From the NCBI RefSeq assembly GCF_009914755.1, contig NC_060934.1: DNA of 64,000 nucleotides. One strand, given 5' to 3'. Below are positions 42,101 to 56,552 of the stretch, piece by piece; position 1 is the first letter of the stretch; each line of letters begins with the position of its first letter. The stretch comes from the human T2T-CHM13v2.0 reference genome, Homo sapiens. The notes beneath the pieces were generated by a model, which did not search any database, was not told the origin of the DNA, and saw only the letters and a list, made by a program, of their open reading frames with translations. The position numbers and the translations under genes were made by a program.

Positions 42101-45100
42101 AGACCTCACCAACTGAACATGTTCCCGCTTCTTCCATTTGCTGAACTTGGATGGGGCTTGGCTTCGGGTCAAAAGAGCTGTCCCAATTAGGTCGTCAGAC
42201 AGCCTTTCCCCACACTTAAGATGATCCCCATTCAGGAAACCAAGGGCTAGCAAGACAGACAGACTTTGGGAGGCAGAAAGATGGCCAGGTTACCAGGCAT
42301 ACAGCGGCAGTCAGGATCTACCGCTCCGAGCACAGCCCAGCCTGAGGAACCAGGCTCCCAGAGCTGCCCTGCTCCCTGGACTCTGCCTCTGACCTCACCC
42401 CTTGGAAGAACTGGCTGGGTTCCAAAACTTCAGCCTCTATGTCCCTGGGTTCCCACACACCCTAGTTTGGATCTAGGTCTCCAACACAGCAGCCAAACAC
42501 AAGAGAGTCCAGAGCAGTTGCTAATGTGAAATAAAAACAATTCAACAGCCCAGGGAAAGGAGACAGGACTTCTTTTTCCATTGGATTCAGAGAACTCCTT
42601 CTCCTTTTCCTTCTCGATCCCTAATGGGAGTTAAGGATGGCAAGCGCCTGGCCCTGCAAAGCCTCAACTCTCTACTTGGCTCCGCTAGACCCATCAATCT
42701 TCTCTCCATGGCCTGGGACCCCTCCAACCCTGGACGTCGAGAGAGACTCGGCAGCTGTGAGAACCTTCTTTCTCAAGTAAGGTTTTTTTCCAAAATTATA
42801 TCAGGTTTCCTTCTACCCCAGCTTGTCAGTGGGGGACTCTTTTGCCTAACATGGTTGAGGAATGTCTTAGAAACTGGTGTGATTCAATCTGGCTTCTGAT
42901 GAGGTTTTCCACCCAGACAGAGCTCACCGAGTGTCTGGAAGTGTCGGTTCCCTACACCCAGGGGCATCCACACCCTGTCCCCATCTCCAGACCTCAGTGA
43001 GGAGGATACCCTTGACAAAGTGGCTGGTCCAGCCCTACGATGAAGTTGGATCCAGAAAAAGAGCCAAGAGGAAGCCAAAAGGACTTGCCCACACACTTGC
43101 ATCCACGGGGGCCTCCCTCCTACCATGTCCCCTCTTTCCCCCAACTTTCTAAATTGGTGAATCTACTTGCAACACACCCAGTATAAATAATTGAAGAGCT
43201 CCCGATGGAAGTGGCTCAATAATTGAAATCTCAAAAGGCACACACCTTTCTTTTAGAAGAGAGGGCCACCTCATTCAGACTTCTCCAGGGGAAGTCGTTC
43301 TTCCCCTCATTCCTTTTCAGACTGGCCTCCTTCTACAAATACAGATTTTAACCAGAGGGTAATTGTTAGAAAGTGCAGTTTGCAAAAATGTCAGTAACCT
43401 GAATGCCAAGTTTACTAATGAATTGTGACTAGGCTGTTGTTAGTGCCGCCACACTCTCACCTGAAGACCCACAATCTCCCCTGGACAGAGGGAAACTGGC
43501 TGTCCCTCTGTTACTGCTCAGCTACTGCACTGAGGTGGGGTGGCACCAGGGGGACTGGCATGAAGGTCACATGAGGGGAGAGTTCCTTTTACATCTCAGA
43601 AGTCTCTTATTATAAGGATCTGCCAACTGCAAGGAGAGAAGAGCCCTGCAGAGCAGAGGGACCTGCCAGAGCGCTGCAGGCATCAACTTTGCTGGCGTCT
43701 TGGAAAGACGCCCCACGTCTCCATAACAACTAACCATCCAGCCCTTAGCACTGACAGGGATGGAGACCTTTTTTGGAGGAGCAGATCCGGAAGAAAGGTC
43801 AGGTGGTTACCTGAATCCCAAGTCTCTTTGTTTTGTTTTGTTTTGTTTTTCTCCTTTTGCAGCTGTTTTTCTTACTAGAAGCTAGGCAGAAAGAGTTGTT
43901 ACTCAGATTTCTTGAACTTGAGACGTCAAAGGTGAGACGCCAGCCAAGGAGAAGGGATGGTCAGGGAAGCTTCTGGGGATACCGACAGTATTTTATTTTT
44001 TGAACTCAGTGGTAGTGACACAAATTTTCTATAATAATTTGCTATTTTGTAATTTTTCATTTTATAGACTTTTCTGTCTATACTATTTTTTTAAAGTCTT
44101 TAAAAAATAAATTGGGCAAACTGCTCTTCAGGGACCCATCGTCATTGCCAGCATTTATTAAGTATCTTCTGGCACAGGACAGAAATCAGTCTGCAAATCA
44201 CCCTGTGTCACAGCCCTGGAAAGCAGGACTGAGAACCAGAAAACTTCAGTGGAAGTCATTGGTCCCAGTGGCCAAAGCACCAAACTGAAGAAGAAAGTGA
44301 AGAGGTCAGGGGCAATCACAACAAGTCATAGGATCAATGGGCTAGAGGCCCCAGAGAACTTGTTGATGCAGTTTGCTGTTATCCCAGCTTTAGAGCTCTG
44401 CCTATAAACAAAGTCATAGAGAGGGGAATGTGATTCATGATTTGTACCTGCCTTGGAAGGGCCTGAAGTGAATTGGGGTACGCAGGGCCCTGGCCATCAG
44501 TGAAAGAGTGGGTCTTCTGCTGCCCTGCTGATCCACTGCTGAGGGTAACTCATGGTCCCAGCACAGCCTTCACTGAACTGTCAGGCACATGAAGCAATCA
44601 GGAGTCTAGATTGAGTTTCCAAAACAGGAGCACCTCTTTGCTCTCTGTAAGCCTCCACTGATGGCTCATGCCAGCCACATGGCTCCCCTAGCCTCCCCTG
44701 CACCCACCGGAGGCTGTTAATAGACCTGTCATTGTGCTTATGTTGGATTAATGACCACTGTTCTCCTTCCCAAATCCTACACATTGTTTAAGAGAAAGCC
44801 TAAACGCTGCCTCTGCCATGAAGCCTCTCCAGACCTCTTCAGTAGAGCTAACGTCTCCAGGGCTGTTTGCTCAATACTTCCTTTCAGGTATCAGTCCCCT
44901 CAGATATCACTTGTTTCTCTGCTTATCAGTCCTCATTACATTCTAGTCCAGTGGCTACATCCATCAGTCTCCCGGCTAAGAACCTGAGGTCAGGAGCCAG
45001 GGCTTATTAATTCTTATATTTCATAGCATCTAGCACTGGGCCTGGTGGATTTGTAGCAGGTGTGCAACAAACAATCAATATTTATTAATATATCAGGGTC

Positions 45101-45834
45101 CAAGAGCACAGACCCAGTAACCAGGAAGGAAGGTTCTTTAGGTTGTCAGAGAACACAAAGGGCCTGGCAGGAGGGAGGCCAAGCATCACAGAGAACCTTC
45201 ACCTTTCAAATCTACCCACTTCTCTCCATCTCAGCTTCTCTCCCCTGGTTGACTCCTAAGCTTCATAATCATTTACATTGTATCATGCAATGGTACAATT
45301 CCCACTTAGTTCTGCCCCTCATTCTCCACACTGAAGCCAGAGAGATACCACAAGGTTTCTATCAGTCACATCATGCCTGTGCTTAAACTCTTCTCAGGGA
45401 CTCCCCCTTGCTCTTAGGCAAAAGTTAAGGCCCTCAGCATGGCCGTCGAAGATGCTCTGGCACATCTGGCCTTTGCCAGGCATCTGGCCACATACTGAAA
45501 TACTCTTGGCCTCACCTCCCTTAATCCACAGCAATACTGGACATTCTTGCATTCCTTCAATGAGCACTCCTCTTTTCTAATTCAGGGATCTGCATGTCCT
45601 AGGTTTCCTTTTCCTGTAACAACCTTCTTCACACAGTCATATTCCAGATGTCCTACTCATATTTAAGATCTCTCCCCAGGAAGCCTTTCCTAACTCACCC
45701 TCCACCTCCACTCCACCACCACCATTGCTATCAGTCAATAAAACCTTCCAATCATGTGGTCTTTGCACTGCTCCTTCATAACACTCAAGGCATTTGCAAG
45801 TACTTGTTCAGGGCCTCTTTGCTTCACTAGACTA

Positions 45835-46165
45835 GAGGTGGGCAAATTGTTTCTGTAAAGGGCCAGATAGGAAATATTTTAGGCTTTAGCATACGGTCTC
45901 TGTTGCAACTATTCAGCTCTGTTGCTGGGGGGCAAAAGTGGCCTTAGACAATATATAAACAAATGAGTGTGGTTGTATTCCAGCGGAATTTTATTTAGAG
46001 ACATTGAAATCAGAATTTCATACCATTTCATGTTTCATGAAATATTCTTCATTTAAAATTTTTGTTCAACTATTTAAAAATGTGAAAACCATTCTTAGCT
46101 AATGGGCCATACAAAAACAGATGGCAGGCCAGACTTGGCCCACAGCCTGTGGTGTGCCAGCTCCT
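45835..46165 (+). mobile_element. MER58B inserted in an L2-like segment
   Basis: ggcaaattgtttctgtaaagggccagataggaaatattttaggc...gaaaaccattcttagc...tacaaaaacagatggcaggccagacttggccc; flanking cactagac repeat. Confidence 0.8.
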
Positions 46166-46614
46166 GCACTAGACTATCAGTTTCCTAGAGACGGAAGCCA
46201 CGTCTTGTTCACAGATGTATCTCTCCAGCACAGTGTCTTGTTCTCACAAGGCGGTTCATAAAAATTCACTGAATGCCTTGATATGTGGACTAGAGCCATG
46301 TTTCCCAGTGTAAATTCACGGAACACCAGTCTGATGGGAAACTCCATACAAAAGGGACACTTCTCTTTGCAGTGAAATCTGGAAATGCCATCATTCCTCT
46401 TCTAACAAATGTTCAATGCTCACTGCATACAGCATAGCAAAAGCTCAGAGATAGCCTTCAGTCAAGGAACCTGTTCAACATAGACCAATACAATGCTGCC
46501 CACACTCATTTTGACCAAATAACTTTCTTCTTTAACCCAAAATATCTGCCAGTGTCCAAGGGCAGCCCCACTGAAAAGTGATGCAGTGAGGAGAGACGGC
46601 AGAATTTAGAGGAA

Positions 46615-46797
46615 TGGGTCTCAAACTTTAGTGTGCAGCAGAGTCACCAGGAAGGCTTATTAAAATAAGAAACCACCCCAGCCCAGAGTTTCCAATTCAG
46701 TAGGCTTAGGTTGGAGCATAAGAATTTACATGCCTTACATGTTTCTCAGCTGACGCTAATGCTGATGGCTAGGGGAACCCCGTTTTGAGAAACACTG
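46615..46797. mobile_element. MER5A-like hAT-Charlie
   Basis: tctcaaactttagtgtgcagcagagtcacc...cagagtttccaattcagtagg...ttttgagaaacactg. Confidence 0.65.
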
Positions 46798-46947
46798 ATC
46801 TGCAGAATAAATGATTTCAAGGCTTCGGTCCTCTAGCTGGAGTTTGCTCCTCCATCCAAGGATCTTATTCCCAGGTGAACTCCAACTTGTCCACTTTCTC
46901 ACACTGGCAGTAGCAGCTCTGACCCATCTTTCTAGTCTTAGGCACCT

Positions 46948-47375
46948 GTAATGGGTTGCAGTGTTTTTTTCCAAAAGATTTGTTTCAATAGTAATCCCCA
47001 GTTCCTGTGAAGGTAAGCCTTATTTGGAAAGAAGGTCTTTGCAGATGTAATCAAGTTAAAATGAGGTCATACTGGAGTAGGGTGAGCTCCTAATCCAATA
47101 TGACTGGTGTCCCTAGGAGAGGAGGAAAGAGACACACATAGGGAGAACGCCCCATGACCAAAGAAGCAGAGACTGGAGTGGTGGCTGCAAGTCAAAGACT
47201 GCCAGCCACCAGCAGAAACACGGAAGATGCAAGGAAGGAGAAACCCTACAGGCTTCAGAGGGAGGCTGGCCCTGCTGACATCTTGATTTAAGCCTTCCAG
47301 CCTTCTGAACTGTGAGACAATAAATTAACATTGTTTTAAGTCAACCCCGTTGTTATGGCATCACTAAGAAACATT
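46948..47375 (+). mobile_element. MLT1B/C MaLR solo LTR
   Basis: ccttatttggaaagaaggtctttgcagatgtaatcaagttaaaatgaggtcatactggagtagggtg...gccctgctgacatcttgattt...gaactgtgagacaataaatt...ttgttttaag. Confidence 0.8.
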
Positions 47376-48906
47376 CTAGTCCAAGGACAGATAAAGCTCT
47401 GGCCAAGGCCTTATTCTTGGTAGGTGTCCACATGAACTCTGAAGGAGGAAGCCACGATGTCAGCTGTCTGATCCCTTTGTCATCACTGCTAGACAGTGGG
47501 TGTCTGCGCTGGGGTCTGTTTTTGGAAATTAGATTATCTAATTAATGTGATGTTTTGTTGGATCCATGCCTTAGGGCTGGATTTGGCAAAAAGCATGTGA
47601 TTATTTTTTACTCTTAAAAAAATGTCACTAAATAAGATAAGGAGACTTGGCTTTGCCCTATCTTGGGCTCCACATGTCCTGTTTCTCACTGAGAGACCCT
47701 GGCAAGGAGTTTCTCAGTGACAAAGAAATGGTTTCTTCTCCTCTAGTTCTGAGCTATAAACACCTTCTCTAATCGACATAGAAACGGCTAACCAGTAGAT
47801 ATTTTCAGTCAGAGTACCCCAGTTTTAGTCATAAATTATATGCCTCTCCTTTTGGAAATATAAGGGGTATAATTTTTATTCTTGGGCAGACATAGTCCTG
47901 TGCCCGATACCTTAGGAAAGAGCCAAAAAGAGAATGTGGACACAGCTTGTCATGGTGGATGGAGAGGAAGGAGACACCAGGGGTAGGGACTCTGTATTCT
48001 GAAGCTCTGAGGCCACAGGATGAAAAATCAGAGCCAAGTGAATGCCTTCTCTGCCTCTCCAATCCATGCCAACCCAGGGCTGGCTGCTCACATGGGGTCT
48101 GCACAAACTTGAAAATCTCCAGATGTTTTATAGGGGGGACAAAGCCACGCTTTCTGCTGCAACAGACTGTGAGACTTTTAGGATGCTCACCCCAAGGCCC
48201 TTGAAAAATGAGAGAGGGGTCTGATTCTTTGAGATGGGTAAGGCCGAGGCACCCCGTGGAAGTCAAGCATTCCTTCTCTCTTCCCTCCCAAGGCCAGCAT
48301 GTAATTTCAAATGTCCAGTCCATCCATGAACAATATGTTAGCCTTTGGCCAGGCGGTGAGCTTCCAAAATGCAAACATCTCAGCCTCTGTCTGCAGAGGT
48401 GAGAATTCAGCTTGGCAGAGGAATGGGACACTGTCAAGGAAGACAAGCTTTTGGAGTCAGACAATCCCAGGTTTGCATATTGGCCTTGTTTTGTTGGTTT
48501 GTTTTGCTTTGTGTTAAAATCTAATTTATTCTGCAAACTACAGCAGGTTAGTTAATCCTTTGAAACCTCAGGTTTCTGAGCTATAATACAGGAATAATTA
48601 TAAGTGCTTTGCAGCAGATTTGTGAGGATTCTGAGAGTTGTTGGATGTGTCTAGCACATTCCTTCTAACTTATAAAGCATTATATGCCAAGTATGAATCT
48701 AAGTAATGCACATGCCCTAATCTTTTCCATCCTTACAACTATTTATAGCACTGCCCCCATATGGCAAATGAAGGCTCAGAGAGGTCAAGGCACCTGCCCA
48801 CAGTCACAAAGTCAGTAAGCAGCTGATTCTGGAGCTGGTGCTCTCACCACAGGGACTGCTATATACCCATAGTGGAAGCCTGGGGCTAGGAATGAAGATC
48901 TGTGTT

Positions 48907-48936
48907 CATTCATTCATTCATTCATTCATTCATTCA
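48907..48936. repeat. (CATT)n microsatellite (L2 tail-like)
   Basis: Seen directly. Confidence 0.85.
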
Positions 48937-49446
48937 ACAATTCACCTGGGCATCTCTGAGAGAGGATTACTCACAACAGGTTCTCAGACAAAAAAAAAAA
49001 TACAATCTCTCCTTCCAGGAGTTGAAGATCTCTCAGGGGAAACAGACAAGTACCCAAAACTAAATCAAGGTAGAATATGACACCAGGGAGGAAGAGAGTA
49101 TGGCAGAGGACCTGTTAAATGGCAGGAACAGACTGATTTAATGAAGGTGGTGGTATTTCTGCTGAGCCTCAAAGGATAGGCATGATTTTGACAGATGCAC
49201 TCAGCCTGGTTCAGTCCAAATTAGGGCCCCCTTGTTCTTTCTCATCACAACCCATTCATTTCCTTTGTTGGACTCACTGTGATTTTAATTTCACAGCTAT
49301 TTGCTGATTTATTTGTTCAATGCTGGTCTCCCACACTAGACCATGAGCAGGAAGGAGAGGCAGCATGCAACTGTGCTCGTTGTCTACACAGGGCCTAGCA
49401 CTGGGCCTGGGCCAGGGCAGGCACCTGGGAGGTATGTGCTGAATAA

Positions 49447-49557
49447 ATGAATGGATGGATGGGTGGATGGATGGGTGGATGGATGAGTGGATGGATGGAT
49501 GGATGGATGAGTGGATGGATGGATGGATGGATGGATGGATGGATGGATGGATGGATG
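49447..49557. repeat. (GGAT)n microsatellite
   Basis: About 110 bp, with few interruptions. Confidence 0.95.
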
Positions 49558-52028
49558 AGGATATAAGTATTGGCAGGCTGGTGGCAGCTTGCAGAAGGAG
49601 AGCACATTATCTATAAACACATTGCCCCGATTTATTTAACATTGTAGTCACTCCAAATCTTGGTTACCCTCACCTGAATTTTCTCTTTTGGGGGAAGTTT
49701 TACACAACCACCCCAGTTTCCCTAAATGCCCCCTCCCTGGATTCCTGCAGCACTCGAATTTAGGCTTCTGAGCACTGGTATCTCCCCAAATAGATGAGAC
49801 TCCCCATGTGGGCAGCAGCCCTGCCTTCTCCTTCATGTTTGTCCACAGTGCTTGGGTGAGATCTGGACATGTAGCCCACACTCGGTTGAAACCTGCCCAT
49901 GGCATGCAGCTGAGGGGCCCTGCCTTCTCCTTGTCCTCATTTATTGCCATCAGTCAACCACCAATCATCCCACATCGACCCCAGAGGCATTGGTCTTGGG
50001 GTCTCCCTGGTGCGGCAATGTGGGCTGCCTTCCCAGCCTTGTCCAGGTGGCAGGACTTCTGCTGCTGACAACAGGGCTGTGATACTCAGCTCCCCAAGGC
50101 TGAACTGGATGACTAAGAGTCCTAATGATTCTGGTATTTTTTCAGGACCTGTCTCCAAAGGCAGGAGGACATTTAAAAATGCATGGGTCTCTGCTAGGTG
50201 ACACATCCTGCTTAGGAGTCTGCTGGCCTCCAGTCTGGGACAACAGAGCACTTCAAATAGGCACCTGTGTTCATCGCGGTGCTTTCTGTCCACACAGGGC
50301 CTTGGTTTCTGAGGCTGAGAGAGGATAAGCTAAGCAAGGGGCAGAACAGGACACCAACCATCTCCAGACCCCAGTACAACACAGATGGCAGGCCAAAGAG
50401 GGACTGTGTCGTCTGATTCAAGAGTACAGACTACACAGCCAGAATAATCGGGGCCTGGCTTGGACTCTCTTTAAATATTCATTCCTCATCTGTAAAATGA
50501 GCATATGAGTCCCACTTCACCAGACTGTAGGACATACGTGAAGGACTCTGCAGTGTCTGGAACATATTTATGGCCCCTGAAATAAACAGTTATTGATGAC
50601 AGAGATGAAAAGAAGAAGATCCAATGGAGTAATCTTCAAGGCCTGCTTCAAGTCTTGCCTTGGTAAAGCTTTCTATTGGGCACTCAAATAAAGCTTATAT
50701 GACTTTTTTTTGTATATAACAGACATGTATATATGATGACTGTCTACTGGGTATGGTTCTGAGCACTCCCTAAATAGTAACTCATTGAATCCTCACAACA
50801 AGTTTATGTAGTATGTACTATTATTATGCCCATTTTACGGATGAGGAAAATAGGCATGAGGGGTTAGGTGAACGACTCGAGGTCACACAGTTATAAGAGG
50901 TTCAGCTGGGATATAAATCCAGACAGTCTGCGCTAGAGTTCGTGTTAGTTAAAGATGGATACAGTGTGCTGCTGTTATTATTCTTGTAGATGTTGACTAT
51001 TATAGTCTCTTGTCTTGCGGAGCAGAGCTAGTCTCTCTCCCACTTTCTTGACAAATGGTAGGGGCCTCCCCTATAACATCTCTGAAGCCCCTGCAGCACT
51101 TCATAGAGCCAGTCAGAGTGAGTTTGCTGACCCACTTGCCAGGACTTGCTGTGCCCTCTGCCTTCTTCAAGGCATCCCCAGCAGAGCCTTAAAGGGCAAA
51201 GCCTGCACACCTCCCTCTGCAGCACTGCTGCATGCCCCACCTCCTTCCAGGGCCACGCTTTCCAACTTGTGACCTGGACCCAAAGTAAGAAATACATTTT
51301 ACATCGTGACCCACACATACCTACTATACAAGTAATTGCAACACAGGATTCATGAAACAATACCTACACTATTACATGGAATGTACTTTGATATCCTGTA
51401 TTTTTTAACATTGATTACAACTCACTAAATTGATTTCATAATCCACTTAGAAAATTCCTCTTAGGGGAGTTCAGCTCCAACATCTAGCACATGCAATTTC
51501 TGAGTGCAGTGCACAGCAATTCTTCCCAAAGGCAGCCCTTCCTGGTGCACATCAGCATCATGGTGCTGTCCCAGCCCAGATGGTCACTTATATATTCCCC
51601 AGAGCCCTGAGCCTGGCTGGAGCACCCAGGCAGTGGAAAGTCAATACAGGCTGGGAATCAAGGACCCATTCAAAACAATGCTCACAGCAGACACAGAGTG
51701 AAGAGGCTTGCTTTAGAGTATGATAGAACTGAGCTCAAATCTCACCTCTGCTAGTTACTAACTCAGATGTTATTGGACGGGTTCTTAACCTCTGTGAGCC
51801 TCAGTGCCCTCCCCTGGAAGGGGGCACTATCAATATGCACCACAGAGGGTGTTAGCTGAGATGTGGAGATGACTTGGCACAGCACCCAGATACAGATACT
51901 GAATCAGTGCCAGTCAGTGGTGGTGGGAGGTCTTTGCTAACACCTCACAAGGGCCTTCCCTCCCCTCTCTTTTTGTCTCTATATTTAGAGATTCTACAAC
52001 CTTCAGAAGAAATAGCAGTACTTCCTAG

Positions 52029-52440
<412 letters not shown>

Positions 52441-53651
52441 CTAAGCATCCTTTTGAAGGAAGATGTGTTTTATAATCCCTTCTAAATTCAGTGGCCAATA
52501 AAGTCTGCTCCGTGAATTACACTCATTCAATCACAGCTGATATCTCTAGATCAAGGACAATGCCCCTCTCTACAGGTGGGAAGACAAAACCAGGAGGTCC
52601 CAATGTGGCTTCTCCAAGGTTCCCCCAAAGTTACTGTCAGTGCAGAGCTGGGGTGACAGAGCCCCTGCTCATCACTGCCTATGTTGCCTTCCAAGAGAGA
52701 AGCAAGTTGCTCAATAAATAGCTCATCACCCTAAAAATAACGAGGTCTCTGATGAGACTTAGTCTCTAATGAAACTAAGCACAGGACTGAGGGGGTGAAG
52801 AGCAAGCAGAAAATGGATTTCCACCATGGGCTAGACTGTTCACGTGGCCCAGTGGTGGAGAGAATCCTTAGGGAAAGCCTAACTCCGAAGCCCAGAGAAG
52901 GAAGGAAAACTAATAAGGAGTGTGTTTTGCAGGCTGATTTTTCTGAAGTTATCCATAGGAAAATTCATTTATGTGAGAGGCTAATTAGTCATGACAGTGC
53001 TTTGCTCCAGACATAATTGCATTGGTCCCATGCAGTCTCTGTGGGTCAGCCTGTAATGGAATTTCCATTACCTATTGTGTTTTGGTTACTGGAGAAAAAT
53101 GTGTGATTGGGGAAGAAAGAGGGATGAAGAGAAAACATGAAAGGCTGGAATACCTTGAATATCCATAAAAACCATCTGTGATTTTAAAACTTCATAAAGA
53201 TGATGGATCTCTAAGAGCCAGATAGTCTTCTTGGAATCTGAGCTCTGTCTGCGGGAACTGCTCCTGGCAGGCAGTGGGTTTTGAAATCCAAGTTTGTCAG
53301 ACCACAGAGCAAAGCGAGCTGCCCCAGCTTGGCCACTAGGGGTGGAAACGAGACCCAGGAAAGGGAGACTAAATGTTCTTCTCAACTAGCCACCAGCTCT
53401 CGGGCTGCCAGGAATGCTGGGCTGTGGTAAATGAATATATAGATATATAGATATATGGGTCTGGTGCCAGAAATGTGCAGGTCTGCAGGGATGAGTATGA
53501 AAGGCCTCACCTCTCCTGCCTTCTAGAGAATAATATACAGTTCAAGAGCCAAAGATGCCTGAGGGTGAACTGGTATGCCAAGTTCGGAAGGGTCACCAAA
53601 CCACCTAATCCCCCAAGTGTTAGAGCCAGGAACAGAAGGGGGTTTTAAGTT

Positions 53652-53878
53652 CAGGGTTTCTCAACCTCAGCACAATTGTCACTTTGGCTAGATGGATAAA
53701 CTTTTTGTTGTGGGAGGCTGTCCTGTATATTGCAGGAGGTTTGGCAGCATCCCTGGCATCTATCCAGTAGCTATTCTCCTCCATTCCACCCCCATCCCTA
53801 ATTGTGACAACTAAAATGTCTCCCAACATGGCCAAACGTCCCCTCGAGGGCAAAATCGCCACCATTTGAACATCGCTG
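53652..53878 (+). mobile_element. MER20 (hAT-Charlie)
   Basis: cagggtttctcaacctcagcac...ttgttgtgggaggctgtcctg...gcagcatccctggc...gtgacaactaaaatgtctcc...ggcaaaatcgccc. Confidence 0.85.
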
Positions 53879-54433
53879 GTCTACCCTTACAATTCCCAAA
53901 GTAGAATTCCAAGGAATATTAATTTCATAAGCTTCTCCCCAACACAAGTATTCTATGGTCAACTAAGTTTGAGAATCACTGCATATTGTACCCTCTTTTG
54001 GAAATTCCCCATAGTAGTCTATTAAAGGCCCTAAAAAGTTCTGCAATAAGAAGAACACTATTTAATTGTTTTGTTTGACCTAACATCTTGCAAGCTTTCT
54101 CAAACAAAACCCCTTTATTCCTATATTTGCATCTTTCAGAGTTCCTGTTCCAAAGAATATTGTGATTTATATATATGTTAATATGTATCTATCATATATG
54201 TATATATATGATATATCAGGCAACCCAACCTTTCCATTGAACAAGAGGAACTGAAGCAATAAGCAAGTCAGGGTTCAAAATCCTACTAAGAGATGAGTGT
54301 CAGAGCCATGCATAGAAGCTGAAGTCCTGATTCCCAGTCTACCTCCTTCTCTTACACAAATGATTTAGATTAATCCTCAAGAAGATACAAGATACAAGAA
54401 ACCATCCTCTCACAGCCATGTCACAATTTGGTT

Positions 54434-54938
54434 TGTGAAAGGAAAGTAAAATCTTGGGACCCTCAACTCACTATGCCAAAAGAAAGAGTGAACTTTGTCA
54501 TGCAAAAGCTGCTTTCTCTTTGTTCCTAAACAGATTGCTGCAAGAGAGAAGGTCACCTATCTCCCCAGGTAGCCTCTCTCACCCTGACAATGTATCTTCA
54601 CAGGTAAGGGACAAAGACAAGACTAGAAATCATCCCTCTGCCCACCTCAAGACAAATGCAGATCTGACTTCTTCTTCCTCTACTCTATGTTTACTTTATC
54701 TTATGTAAAATACAAGATTTACTGAGCAGGAGCCGAATGCACTATTGAGTGTCCCTCTTTTTGCTCCTTCCCACTCTCCTGCCTTTAAATACTGAAGTTC
54801 TCAAAACCCTCTTTGGAAAAAGCACAGGCCACAGAGTCTACTGTAGCCTTTATCTCTTTTTCCTGGGCTCATCCTCAACCTTGGCAAAATGAACCTCTAA
54901 ACTGATTGAGAACTCTTTCAGACATGTTTTGGTTTATA
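54434..54938 (+). mobile_element. MER4-group ERV1 solo LTR
   Basis: Starts TGTGAAAGGAAAGTAAAATCTTGGGACCC, ends ttttggtttata; 4-bp TSD GGTT/GGCT. Confidence 0.8.
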
Positions 54939-56090
54939 GGCTCCACCACCACCATCCAGAATACTCACCTAGGAACAACGCCTAGGGAAACATCAGCATT
55001 TCTGTTCCCCAGGAGAACAGACAAAGCAGGCACTTTTTGCAGACATAGTTGAGAAGGACCTCACAGTGGTCATAACAAGGGAGGGTGCAAGGAGGCGCCA
55101 TCCACTTACATCATGTCCATGCACCTGCTAATCTACTATAAGTACAACTCCCATGAGAATCACTAAAGCTGATTCGTCTTTGTATCAATGCAATACATCT
55201 TTGTATTGTGGCGAGCACAGAGTGGGCCTCCATTAAGTTAGGTGGAAGGAATAAACTGTTAGGCAACACATGCTAAGGACTTGTCCATCAACATGCCTTG
55301 ATTATAATTCACAGATCGTCACCAACACAATAAAGCCTCCCCAATCCTCTCTGTCCTCTTCATGATTTTCTTGGGAAATATACTACCCTGGCCTCTCCAG
55401 GCTGCAGGGAACTACTCCTTTTAGGATGGCAGCTCCCCGCTTCCCTGACACATCTACTGTCATCTCTTCACTTGCGCCAGTTCAGAAAGATAAAAGATCA
55501 ATTTCCAGCTCAGATCAGCCAGCCCAATGTCCCTCCTGAAGACAGTACATCAAGGGACCAGTTTCCTATCATTCTAGGTAGAAAACATGCAGTGACTGGT
55601 CATTCAGTCTCTTGATGGTCTCTCTTGCCAAAAGCAGGCACTGGAGAGGCCATAGATTGGCTCCCATTCTCAGATTGCAAACAATAGAACTAATATTGAC
55701 AGAGAAACTGGATGGTATGACATTCTACAATTTTGCATGGGGATTGAAATGTAATCATACCTTGAGGCCTCTGGTATTCCAGGAATCCTCTTTCAGCCCT
55801 GGGAACAGAACAGTGTCCTAGGGATTTCTCTAATCCTTTTATGACATTCTAAGCAGAGTGTATGGATGCAGGAACAGCCAAGAGTCTCAGCCAGAGGGCA
55901 GACCTGGGGCCCCCTCTTGGTTTACCTTGGCTCCAGCCAGTCCAAAGAATACACAGGCAGCTTGCAGACCACTGAGTTGAGACTAAGGGCTCAGCCCTAG
56001 GGCAGCTGCAACACAAATGCAGCAGCAACTGCTAGATATTTGCAGCATGCCCCTGAAGTCTGGTCTGTTGTAAAAAAAAAAAAAAAAAAA

Positions 56091-56552
<462 letters not shown>

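Noticed and set aside
47829-48536. 235-aa minus-strand ORF
   Set aside because: No recognisable homology, starts in MIR-like/simple repeat sequence and has no supporting exon structure.
53330-53348. Partial CTCF-like motif TGGCCACTAGGGGTGG
   Set aside because: The 3' GGC(G/A) part of the core is missing; much weaker than the site at 16458.
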